Shown: positions 44,168 to 55,602 of the stretch, piece after piece
How positions within the stretch are numbered: position 1 is the stretch's first letter
How the letters are laid out: every line of letters begins with the position of its first letter
NCBI GenBank assembly: GCA_001179505.1
Contig: CDMY01000255.1
Coordinates: forward strand, 124,001-188,000
Direction: 5' to 3'
DNA length: 64,000 bases
From: Vitrella brassicaformis CCMP3155
Lineage: Eukaryota; Protista; Chromerida
Position numbers and translations under genes: made by a program
Notes under the pieces: model-generated
The model's database searches: none
The model's input: only the letters and a program-made list of their open reading frames with translations
Told to the model about the DNA's origin: nothing

Positions 44168-46289
44168 TAGATGGATGGATCGGTTGAACGGCGGGGTGGG
44201 TGGATGGATGGATGGATGGACTGGAGACGGTTTACGGGACGTGTGAGAGTGTAGGAAGGGGTGGAAGTGACCAGTGGGATGGGATGGGCAGCAGCAGGCT
44301 GGCTGTTTGGCTGCATGTTGTGTGAACAGACGGTGGCTGCATCTGATTGAAGATGACTATGCGTGTGTCTGCGAGGACTATCCGTGTGAATCAGATATCG
44401 GATGGAACAGTTGCCCCTTCACGCATTCTCTGTCTCACCAGCACCCAAACACTGTCTCAATCACTACCCCTTTGTCCCGACGAGCACACATCGGACAAAT
44501 GCCACCGTATAGCTACCTCACATGAAGATGAAGCCACTCAGTTGCTCACAGCACGCTGAAAGAATTTCATCCAACAGAACAAGAGAGGGAACGAAAACAG
44601 CTGCGGGCAGATCACCCGCCACAGATCAGGTCGGATAAATGCGTGTCAGCGCTCCCTTCACCACAACTCGGGTCGACAAATACTAAACACGTGTCTGTCT
44701 GTCTGTCAGGTTGGCCTCTCTTCGCCTCTCTGTTCTGTCTCATCAGGTCAGTCAGTCAGGTCAGTCAGGTCAGTGAGGGAACGACTCAACACGGCAGATA
44801 ATAGGAGGCAGTCTTCACGTCTCATAACGAAAAATGTCAGTCAATGTACTCACGCATGAACGAATGTATGTATGGGCCGGCCGTCGCTACTGGCCGGGCA
44901 TGAACTCATCCAGACCGTTCTCAGGCCCTTCACACGTCATGCCCTGCCATGCAGCAACACACCGACCCCATGAAGTAGCAGCCATCCATCCATCGAGCAC
45001 AGACACGTTTCATGTCACGAACCAGCATCATAATCAGCATCACAAGACAATCATGTCCATCCATCCGTTTAGTCCGCCAGCCAGCCAGCCATCCTATCAT
45101 CGCAGCAATGGATCGCTACAGGGCATCATCAGGGACTCAGATGTCCGCCGCAGCAGCAGGGGGGGGGGGATTTTGCAGCACCGCATGCGGGACGACTGGC
45201 AGGCCTTACTTGACCCATCTGTGACCGATCAACCAGACGAGCAGCAGTCGGCTGACGACGACGGGACAGTGAGTGAGGCGAAAATGCTTCTGGCCACCAC
45301 CCGCAGCATAGTCCAGAGCGCGGCTTCCAACGACAGCGCGTTCTCTCGTCCTCCCCCCAACGCCGCCCATTCCTCCTGTCCATCGTGCCGCAGCCAGTCG
45401 ACATTCAACCCTCGGCGACTCCCTGATGACGTCGGTGCGCACCAGCCCGTCGCCGCCAGGCGCAGACGACACAGAAACAAACCGGGGATGGTCGAGGGGC
45501 TGCGGCAGCCAAGATTCACACCGGCACCTCCCATCGACTAACTGGCCGTGGGTGGGTCAACACACCCCGGCCGTCTCCAGCCGATGCAGTGGTCACCGCC
45601 ACTCGATGCTGCGTCTCCAGCTCGACCCCGTCTCCAGTGTCGAGGCGGCAGGGAGCTGCCCCGACGTCGCCAGGAGATGAAGACGTTATCGTCACTGAGC
45701 CGCTCGTCGCTGAGCTGCAGGCTGTCCGTCCCGCTCGTCCGCGCCACGATGCACCCTCGCCTCTGTCCCCGTGTAGAACCGTTCGTTGCCGCTAGAGGCA
45801 ACAGGGCCATCCACATCCTCCTCATCCTGGCCATCCACATGCTCCCCTCCACCACCGTCTGTCGCTACTGCTTCAACGCCATGGGTAGTATCAGTGCCGC
45901 CTGGGGGACCCACAGGGATTGGTGTCTCCCCTGTCTGTCTGCCTGGGGTCTCTCCGAGTGTGACAGGTCTGCCAGCTTGAGACCCCCTGTGAGTGCGGTG
46001 CCCCCTCCCAGTCTGCGTTGGCGTGTCGGGTGAGGGCCGCATGAATGGGGTGGCCGTGGGCGGCTGGGGGAAATGATCCTCGTGATACGTCGACTCGGCA
46101 GGCCGAGGGAGGCCCCAGTCGTTATCTGCATGCAGCAAAAGGACGGCCGGCGATGGAGAGCAGCACACCTAGAGAAGCACACGAGGCAGGTAGGTCAGGG
46201 AACATGTTGTGTTGTACGAGTGTGTGTGTGTGTGTGTGTCTGGTTTGGTGGCTTGGGTTGCTCACCCTTTGAGTGACCTTCCGGCCCGT

Positions 46290-47400
46290 TCATGCCGTCG
46301 TCGTCCTTGTCGATGACGTCATTCTCATTGCAGTCGTATCATGTGATGGAGAGGCCGAGCGAGAGGGGGATGGAGAGCATGGTGTTCGCGGGGGACACCT
46401 GTGGGTGAAGTTGGCTGGCATCGGGAAGAACTCCACGCCGAAGGCCGCCTTGCCCTTGACGGCGGTGCCGATCTTGAGGCGGAAGAGGTCAGGGAATGGC
46501 GGGCCGAAGTGGATGTATGCGCGGCTGTGTGGGGGCGAGAGAGGGGACGTGTCGAGGTCCTCGACGCGCTCCAGCTCAAACAGGTCGTTGTAGCGGTACA
46601 AAAGCTCACTCCGCTGCTTCATCATCCCTGACATGCACACAAGGGAGAGCGCCCTCGGTGCGTATCTTCTGGTCTGGGTCATTCGTCCCTCCTCACCTTC
46701 ATATGGTGGTGTCCATCGGTGGAGCAGTGGGCTGAGGGAGTAGCCCACCTTGAGGCTCCACTCGTTATCCACCAAGCGATCGTAGCATTGCACCTGGCAC
46801 CGCCGGCCGCCAACACTCACCGACACCTCCTTGGCACCCTCACTCACCAGCCGGGCACGGCCCCAGAAGTTCAGAGGAAAACCCGCCCTCGCGCCCCCGT
46901 CCGACTCCTTGTCACCCAGCTCGCTCGTCAGGCCACCAAACGGGTTGGTCATGTCGCCCAGAGTGACGGGATGGCTCTCGTTGACCACTAACTCGATCAG
47001 GTCGCCACCTCCCATGAGCACCTCATACAGCTGCTGGCCAGACTGGGTGGCACGGTGCAGCGCCAGTGCCGCCTGCCGGAAGGGCTCCAGCTCCTCACGC
47101 AGCTCAGACAGGGCCGCCCTCATGCTCGTCACAGACGCCTCAGATAGTTCGTTCTCTGGATGAGCGGCCGAGAGCAAGCTGGCGAGCGGAATACTGGTCT
47201 GGTGGGTGGCCTCGGTAGTGGTGAGGGCTTCACGTGGATGTCGATGGGGTACGCACTTGGGCGTGGGGCAGGGGGTCGTTCGGGTCCACAAGAAGAACCG
47301 GCTGGAGGGGCTGAGGCTGGTGAAGCTGATGTTGCTGCTGCTGCTGTGTGTGTAGGGGTGGGGGTGCTGCTGATACTGGAGTGGGTGGGGGTGGGACTGC
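46290..47400 (-). CDS. Hypothetical protein, at least 2 exons, no family recognised
   Basis: Codon-like frame ..MRAALSELREELEPFRQAALALH..FPLNFWGRARL..WSLKVGYSLSPLLHRWTPPYE|GMMKQRSELLYRYNDLFELERVEDLD..LFRLKIGTAVKGKAAFGVEFFP; start and end uncertain. Confidence 0.55.
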
Positions 47401-47627
47401 TGGAGGGTGGCGGTAGAGAAAGGGGGCACGTTGACGCAAAAAAACACACACACACTCACCCAGATGAGGCAGGCAGAGAGGGCAACAGACATTCAGACAG
47501 ACAGACAGCCTGACAGATAGACAGGCAGACAGACAGACAGACAGCCAGCCAGCCAGACAGACAGATGGATCAGCGGACTCACTCACTCACTCACCCAGAC
47601 AGACAGACAGACATCGCAAGGCAGTCG

Positions 47628-48478
47628 TTACGATTGCTTCCCCCCAGACAGCCCCCACAGCCCGAAATACAGCCCACTCACACATCTCATCCAGCAATCC
47701 TGCCTCCCTCCCCTCACCCACCACACCCGCGCCCCCTTGTCCCACTCCCACAGCATGAGCCCGTTGACATCATCCCCATACCAGCCCTCGGGCTGGAGTG
47801 CGGTGGGAGGCGGTGCCAGCACCATCACCGCAGGCCTTGAAGGGCAGCGGCTGGGGGCGCACCACCTTTGGCTGGGGTGGGGGCGGCATGTACTAGTGGC
47901 CCTTTGGCGGCATGTAGGCGCTGCCGGTGGCGGTGACGTTGGCGTTGGCGGTGGTAGTGGTGGTGGCCATGCCGGCGGTGCTGCCCCGCTTCTTCGCCCT
48001 CGTCTGCTGAGCCAGTGCCCTCGCGTGCTCGGCCTTGGCCTTGGCCTCCGCCGCCTGGGCGAACCACATGTCGGCCGCGCTCTGCACCAGACACACAGCA
48101 ACACAGAACAGAAACGAAGCGTCCAGTGCTGTGCTGGCACATGCGGGGTATCCATTTTCGGCGCTTTCGCGTGTGCGTCACTGACATCGGCGCAGCGGGC
48201 GGCGCCCTCCCACAGGATGTCGGCGCCTCCACTGGCCTCCAGCCACCTCTCGTACTCCTGCAGCAAGACATAAAGAGGAATCAGACAGAGAACGCCAGTA
48301 GAGAAAGTTGAATGAGTTTTGGCAGCGTTGGTGTCCCACAGGACCGCTTGCTTACCTCACGGTCCTCCTCAAGCAGCTTCTTGACCGCCCGTTCAAACAC
48401 AAGAGGGTCGTCGCCGTCCCGCATCACAGGCCAGGCAGCGGCGCCACCTTGGGCAGCAGCGGCGGCAATCTCAGGCAT
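47628..48478 (-). pseudogene. Diverged fourth copy of the array gene, with a nonsense codon and a frameshift
   Basis: MPEIAAAAAQGGAAAWPVMRDGDDPLVFERAVKKLLEEDRE|..EYERWLE..|..KGH*YMPPPPQPK..PLPFKA. The TAG at 47895-47893 aligns with HYY of copies 1-3, and the Trp-rich domain (EGWYGDDVNGLMLWEWDKGARVWWVRGGRQDCWMR) lies in another frame. Confidence 0.65.
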
Positions 48479-49159
48479 CCTCTCTCGCTCTGTCTCTCTT
48501 TCTCTGTCTGTCTGTCTCACACTCGCACTCCTGACGCACTCTCAAAAGCTCGCGTGGATCGCCGTTTTTCCTCTTCGCTCCGCTCGCGTGGCTTCATGGC
48601 TTTCAGATGTCAGAATGGCCCTTCAGCATGGCGGCCGGCACATCAAATTTCATCATTATCCATCACAGTCTGCTGGGTGAGCCGCCTTCCGCTCAATTGC
48701 ATCCGCTCTATTCATGAAAGCATCGCTCTATTCATCAAAGATGGACGTGATGTCTGTGAGTGGTGTTCGGGGACATGTGTTAGAATGGGTCGCATGAATG
48801 GCAGACAGAGTGCATGTGGACCCTGGTGGATGGGATGACAACAGTAATGAAGCAGTTCTCTATTCAGCAGCAATCATCACACACAGGGTCCACCCACACC
48901 CATTGCCCGTCTACACACGCACCGCAGTCTATGCATATACACGCAGACTCAGAATGATCCCCATGTCTGCCATCCCGTACACACGTCCATTCGATCAAAT
49001 TGGATGGACGCGCATCGCCATGAGCTAACCCATAAAAGTGTCCATCCATTCCCGACCACCCCGCCCTGCCTGCCCTTCCCTCGCTGCCGCACACACGCAC
49101 GTCAGTCATGTCATGTCCCCGCGCGTCCCCCTGCCGAGCCGTGCGGCTGTGGTTGGTGC

Positions 49160-49650
49160 CCTGACGCGTGTGGTGCGGCGCCTCTGGGCGCCAGGGATGC
49201 GGCGGTGGCTGTGGAGGGCCTCCCCCTACTGGCAACGCCTGAGCGGTTGCACCAGGATGGAGTCCAGTGGGGGGCGACGGTGGACGGCCAGGAGGAGAAT
49301 GCAACACGGCGCGTGGCGGGGGATGGCTCGGCGGCGATGGCCCGAATGGAGCTGCTGGCGGCCGGGAAGGGGGCAGATAGTGCGCGTGGGGAGCCGCAGC
49401 ACCGCCAGGGTTGATTGGAGGGGGACCGCCACAGAGTGATGAGGGGCGGTGGGACGCTATCGTGGCGGCAGGGGGGCCAGACGGATGGACCATCGGCAGC
49501 ATCGGCATGGCATGGCCAGCGAAAGGGGGCGGTGCAGCAGAGATAACAGTCGGGAAAGCGACCTGACAGCAAGGAGACGCAGATGTCATCATGCTAGGTT
49601 GTGTTCGTGTGTCTTCTCTCGGCTGTGCGCACCGCCGGAGCACTTGGCAT
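49160..49650 (-). repeat. Right arm of the near-identical inverted repeat (Pro-rich tail module)
   Basis: Reverse complement of ~43430-43925. The core ~360 bp differs at very few positions. Confidence 0.95.
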
Positions 49651-50384
49651 AGCTATGCCGTCGAACAGCGACCCACGGGGAGCCGCTGTAGCAGCAGCAG
49701 GGCCACCACTGTCACCAGCCTGACGAGCAACACATCAATGAGCAGTTGGTGCCTTCCAGATGTGAGGCCAGTGGTGGATTTGGCATGGCCATGTCCCACT
49801 GCAACACACGCCAAACACACGCGGCGACAAGTCGGTTTTAGTGAGGGTATCGCGATGGAGGTAACAGGCTTGACCCATCAGCAATTCCATCATCCAGCCT
49901 CCTGTGTCTGTGTGCATGTGCTTGTGTGCAGGGTACGGAGGAGGGCAAATCATTCCTCCGAGGTAGGTGGACTGACGAAGGGAGGGCGGGATGGAGGGTG
50001 GGAGGGATGTGTATGTGTGTGCGCGCAATGCAATCCTCTGTGTGCGTGTAGCCGCTGTTCCCAAGCGGACCATCGAGGACGACGACAAGTCAGGGCCCAA
50101 CAAGGTGTTGCACCGCACCCACGACAACCAACAGCTGACGCGTCCATTGCCCTCTTGTTTGTGTGTTCTGTCTGTTGTGCTGCTGGACGGATGTGATGTG
50201 CTGTAGCGGGGCCGTTTTGAGGGCGACGTAGCCGTAGCTCATGTGCAGACCGACACGGATCATCAGGTAAAATCTGTGTGTGCTCGCGCATCTCTACCTT
50301 TTTGGATACTCGATGCCATTCATCTCACCAGGTCTCTCTCTCTGTGTGTGTCCGTGTGCGTGCGTGTCGGTCTGTGTGGTGCAG

Positions 50385-51335
50385 ATGGACGACACGCTCA
50401 AGAAGCGGAACCGAAACATGTTTGCAGGGCTCCAGGGTATGCACCGCACACACACACACACACACACATTTCGATGCACATCTGTCCGCCCCTGTGTGTG
50501 TGTGTGTGTGTGTGTCGCTGTGCTTCAGAACATTTGAAGAAGGCCCATGACGCGCTTCAGACCGAGAAGGAGTCCGACACGGTCAGTCAGCACCTCCCCC
50601 GCCCCCCAGCCCCCCACGCACACACACACACACACACACACATATGCACGTCGGTGTGGGAATATCTCCTGTAGATGGCGCACACCGTGGCCAGGGCGCA
50701 AGCAGGAACTCAGACTCAAGGAGAACGCCAGAAAGGAGGCCAAGGTAAACCATGCAACACGGTATCCACACACACACGACAGGGCACGTGGGACCAAGTC
50801 TTGTGTGTCATGTGTGTGCGGAAACACAGGATCGTCGTGCGAGCGACCAGCAGCGGTTGAGCGAGCTGGCCCGGGAGCTGCACAAGAAGGAGCTTCGGGA
50901 GCTGGTGAGCCGTCCCCTCACCACCACACACCGATAGAGGCCCACCCCAGCCCTCTTGACCATGTCGGATGCTTGCTGGTGTGTCAGAATGAGAAGTTGA
51001 GCATCGACTACAGCAAGATGCGCAACTTCATCAGGACAGAGTCACCACCACACACCACACCACACCACACCGCACACACGAGCGCCGTACCCTGGTGCAT
51101 CCGTGTGTGTGTCCATCCATCCATGTCTGTGTCCACAGGGCCGAGCCGGAGATCTTCTATCTACCGGCCAAGCACAACGGCGTCACGAAGCGCAAGCTCG
51201 CCGACACAGAGATGCTCATAGAGGTCGGTGAGTGAGGGGGAGGCATCCATCCATCCATCCACACCAGTGTGTGTGTGTGTGTGTGTCTGTGTGTGCAGCG
51301 CAAGCTGGAGTGTTTGAAGCAGATTGACGAGTCGG
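50385..51335 (+). CDS. PNN: Pinin/SDK/memA-domain protein (exon-junction-complex associated); additional 5' exons probably lie at ~49930-50270
   Basis: Spliced peptide MDDTLKKRNRNMFAGLQ|EHLKKA..|ELRLKENARKEAK|DRRASDQQRLSELARELHKKELREL|NEKLSIDYSKMRNFIRTE|AEPEIFYLPAKHNGVTKRKLADTEMLIE|RKLE matches the remembered pinin motif RNRRIFG..LQ..FIRTKTKPHLFYIP. Confidence 0.75.
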
Positions 51336-51877
51336 GTATGTTGCGCCGGGTGGGGGGCACCTCCATGTGCACACACATGTGTGTGTGTGTGCAGAGTTGG
51401 AAGCATACGGAGGGCCCGCCCCCTCACCCCATGGTCACTCACTGGTGGGTGCTTGTGTCTGTCTGCCGGTGTGAGGTGGATGGATGTGTGTGTGGTCCAT
51501 CGGTGGATCGTCTCTCTGCCTCTGTTTGGCCGCAGTTGGGTAGTCCTGTTGGAGAATCTGAAGGCCAAGGCACTGTCAACCAGCAGCAGCCCTTCCAGGC
51601 GGTACCAGAGGTGAGTGTGCCGACCTCACACACACATCACATCACATCGCATCACACCACATCACTCAGGCCACACACACGTGTCTGTGGTCCATGGCCT
51701 CAGGTGTCTGACGTTGCCAGCGAGGGGACGGGTGGCGCTGCGCTGTATGTGTCTCCTCGGAAGGTGCGACGGGCGTTCACTCTTCCCGCAAAGCAGCTGA
51801 AGCCAACAGTAAGGCATGCACACACGCGAGCCAAAGTCCAGTCAGCCAGCCTTCATGTGTGTGTCGATGGGGTGCAG

Positions 51878-52239
51878 GACCGCTTCCTGTACTGGGTGGG
51901 GCAGCGGACGGAAGCAGAGCAGGACATACTCTTCGATGGCATAGGCATGATCGACAAGAAGCTCTTCACCACTTTTGATACCTTCCTGAAGGAGCAGCTT
52001 CCGATACGTACGTCAGGAGCATTCCATCAATGACCCTCACTGTGCCGGGCCGTGCTGTGTGTGCTGGTTTATGTGCGCAGCAGGAGAAGAGTGGCGCTGA
52101 GCATCTGAGGGACATCTGGCCAGAGGGCACCAAGCACCGGGACGAGCTGCAGCAGGCCTATGACAAGTGGGTCGCGGAGAACCCCAAGAAGAACGCCACA
52201 CGCACCATCGAGGATTACGCCAACAACCAGGTCAAGTAG
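51878..52239 (+). CDS. Two terminal coding exons (C-terminal extension of the pinin-like gene, or a separate small gene)
   Basis: DRFLYWVGQRTEAEQDILFDGIGMIDKKLFTTFDTFLKEQLPI|..QEKSGAEHLRDIWPEGTKHRDELQQAYDKWVAENPKKNATRTIEDYANNQVK*; GT-AG bounded. Confidence 0.45.
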
Positions 52240-52745
52240 ATGGCCAGTCGCCTGAAGAAGTATCGGGCAAAGACAGAGGGGGGGGGAGAGAGTCAAGAGG
52301 AAAGTTGATCTAGACCGACTGGGTGACGACTGACTGACTGACTGACTGACTGACTGTGTGTGTACATATCAACGTCTGTGTGTGTGTGTGTGTGAATGGT
52401 CCACCTATCTGACGATGAGTGGTGCGGTGTGGTGTGAATGAATCTGGCTCAAATGTCTATAGTCTGTCTGCCTGCCGCCGGATCGTCGCTTCTGTATATG
52501 TATATATGGGTGTGTGTACGTGACGATGCTCATTTCGCCAACGCCGCGTAGATGAATGAAATCATTCTCGGCCACACTCTTGCTCTGACAGCTCGCATTT
52601 CCTTCCAAGGTGCACCGCTGCTCGTTGAACACACTAACCAACCAACCAACCAACCGTTGCTTCGGTCCAGCCACGGTGCAGATCTGCACCGTTTGGCAGG
52701 AGATCTGGACTGCGGCTCTGTCCCAGTGCGTCATTCATTTCCTCG

Positions 52746-54116
52746 ATGTGGTCTCTTGCGAGGCAGCATGAGCCAGCGCCGCTCCCCTGGACCGAAAGGG
52801 CACTCATTTCGCTGGAGATCGGCTCGGCGCAGCTCAAGCAACTACCGCTGCCCACGCAGAGCATCGACTACGAAGCCTCCCCCTTGACCATTCTGATCAC
52901 GCCACGATGGCTCTTCGGGACTCTTCTGTTCCTCGTCTTCATCACTTGGGATTACGTCTACGCGAACGCCAAGGTGCGGCGCATCCCTTCGAGCCCACTC
53001 TTCCCACAGCCCCTCTCGTCGGCGTATTTCCAGTTGGTGTTGGGCTACTGTGTGGCCCTGCTTGCTGCTACGGTGAGGACGGACATGCACGCGGCGGAGG
53101 CCAAACACGTGGTGTGGCGTGCTGTGTGTTGTGTTGTGTTAATTGTCAGGTCAATGACTGGAATCTGATCACGTACAAAGTGGTGCTGCGGCTGTTTGCC
53201 ATTTTTCTCGCCTTCTCCACGACAACCTTCACATTCATGCCGTGGCCAGGTGGGCAGCGCAGCACACACATACAAACAGATATGTACGGGACTGGGGAGA
53301 TGCAAGGTGAGAGTGCGCTCATCGGTGGGTGGTTGGCGCAGGTCGGTGGACGCCCTTCAATGTCCCGTATGAGCGGATGTTTGCAATGATCTTCTGCACG
53401 CTGGGGTTCTTCATCTGGCGAGCCACCTTCCGACCTATCAGACACATACTCATCCTGGACTTCGTCCTTGTGCAAGTGAGATGAAAGCCGAAACCGCCTC
53501 GCTTCTTTCCTTATCATATATATGCCTGTCTGTCCGTTTGTCTGAATGCAGTCTTTTCTGCATGGCGGGAGCATGGTATTTGATGCAGTCCATCAGCCGG
53601 AGGTCTACCATCTGTTCGGCGACGCGCTTGTCCACTTCGGTCTCTTCTTCGTCCTTCTGGCTATCCGCCCGGCATTTGGATACCTCCCCGACACCACAGA
53701 TGGTGGGCACAGCCTGATGTGGTTTCTCCCTCCTTCATGCCCTCGTGTTGTTGTGTTCAGATTTTGCCCTGTATGGCTCGTTGATGCGGCACATGCTGTC
53801 GGCCGAGTGGGGCACCTGTCCGCTCCAGCCCAAGATCGGCTCCCTGAGCAATGCCCGACTCATCGACCCTCAATCGATGGACGAGGACGACATGGACGGC
53901 CACCCTGTGTCGGCGTCTCTGCACCGAGATGCCGCGGTGAGGGAAGGCAGCAGGAGGAAATCAACCGAGGGCTCTTTCGGGCAGACGGTCATCGAGACTG
54001 CGCTCTTCGGTGCCATTCTTGTGGCCAACTGGGTCCTTCTGTGGGCGTACGGCTGGGGTCATGGTGTGACCTCTCTTGTCGACTACGCACGGACACAAAC
54101 ACATCAAGGGGGATGA
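52746..54116 (+). CDS. Multi-pass membrane protein with a DUF6632-like core, 6 exons
   Basis: Spliced frame ..VVLRLFAIFLAFSTTTFTFMPWPG|RWTPFNVPYERMFAMIFCTLGFFIWRATFRPIRHILILDFVLVQ|SFLHGGSMVFDAVHQPEVYHLFGDALVHFGLFFVLLAIRP (exons 53342-53475 and 53552-53702) follows the remembered bacterial DUF6632 pattern W.W.P....YE.M...Y..LG.FL..A...P..H..LI.F...S..HG..M...A.......HL.GD. Confidence 0.65.
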
Positions 54117-55602
54117 GGGCGAGTAGATGGACTGACACAGCAGTGCTTGGTCTCAAGATGTAGATATCCAGACGTGTGTGGCTCTTCATGTGCATAACGC
54201 TGAGGTGCCCCACTCCATCCAATTCCATGCGATTCAGTCAGTACCCTCCCCCACTGATCATGTCACTCGCATTGCCCCGTCATGCGAGCAGCCAGTCAGT
54301 CACCAATCCACACATCCAGACAGCCGGCAGCAAACGGAAAGGGACAGCTGCGACGGACACCACACGCTTTAGACAACGCCAGCCGTCCCGTCAACCAACC
54401 AGCCACACATGTCTGCCATCTGCCCCCTCCCATCGATGCAGGCCCTCGTGCGCTACCCTGGGAAATCGCACCCGTGTGTCTGTATCTTGTGTCGAATGCC
54501 TTCCTCTTCGTGCAGGCCTCTAGATAGGTAACTCTGTGTACGGATGATGCCAGCGAGAGTCGTTACGCGCATATACAGGTGTTCTCCACCACACGTGTCA
54601 GTCATCGAATAAGGCAGCATCATCGATCAACACATCCAGGTATGTAACCCTCCACGCGGCACATACATGGATGGCTGCAGCACAGGGCATTCATGGAGAT
54701 ACATTCACAGCACGATGCCGGCAGGCCGGCAGGTGAACGAACACACAGCCAGCCAGAGTGTCTCTCTCCCTCCCTCTATGTCCGTCTGTTGTCCTGTCCA
54801 TTTATGTAACTTGCCCGTCGCCCATCAACCAGTTATGTACACGCCCGCCGTCCGTTGGCTATCTGCCTCTGTCGCTGTGTGTGTCTTGCCTGACCTATAG
54901 GTCAGCGGCACTTGTCGAAGGCAGCTTCCCAGGCAGCTTCGATACCCATTGTTCGATACGGATCCACTCCTCCAAAAAAATACGCGGGATGTCCTTCTTG
55001 ATCCCCCACTCCTTGCTACCCTCCCCGCCTGTAGTAAGTCAACAGATGGACAAAACACGTGAGTGAGTGCGTGAGTGATTTCGCCCGACCATCGCTCTTC
55101 TTGGGTTGCTCGGCACCAGCTGAATGAACAGAGAGAAGCACCAAGGAGGCAGACATGACCCACGGATCATGGATGGATGGACAGTGGTTGAGTGCGCACA
55201 TGAATGGTTGGTGCGTGTGTCAAATGTGCTCACGCACCTGTGGAGGTGGACACACTGGTCAGGGGCTCTGCCGGCGGCGAGGCAGACGACGAGGACGAAC
55301 GTCGGGCAGCCATGATGAGCTCCAATCTACCACAGCAAGTGGCCAATCTACCACCGCATGCGCCCCATTCCGCCGTGCATCCGGGAATGCAAGCGTGCTT
55401 TGGTGCACTGCGTGAAACGCAACTTCTTCTTAGGCTCGCAGAAGCTTCGTGAGCAGGACGAGTCCAAAAGAGAGCTGTCGGAGACGATGGAGCCTAGCCC
55501 ATCTCACGTCTGGTGCTGATCTGTCTTTTCTCTTCGCTGATCTTGCCCGGCGCACAGGCCGACGTCAGCGAACCTGTGCAGCCCCCCCTGCCCTCCCCAG
55601 CA

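Larger units (their letters stand above)
39480..44600 (+). repeat. Segmental duplication, copy B (partner ~18120-21950), with ~1.3 kb of extra internal sequence
   Basis: Collinear matches to copy A. The intervals ~42130-43190 and ~43380-43920 are non-matching or expanded. Confidence 0.9.

Noticed and set aside
44834-46170. ORFs 44834-45541(+) and 45692-46168(-)
   Set aside because: Partly acidic and possibly exonic, but strand and splice structure could not be resolved and there is no motif.
25464-47895. Stop-codon reassignment suggested by several in-frame TAG/TGA codons
   Set aside because: The stops align with different amino acids (Glu, Tyr, possibly Gly), each is a single-base change, and conserved genes in the window end normally at TAG/TGA with no internal stops.
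43430-49650. DNA transposon with terminal inverted repeats
   Set aside because: The arms are coding-like exon/intron sequence also found in other genes, and no transposase or target-site duplication was recognised.
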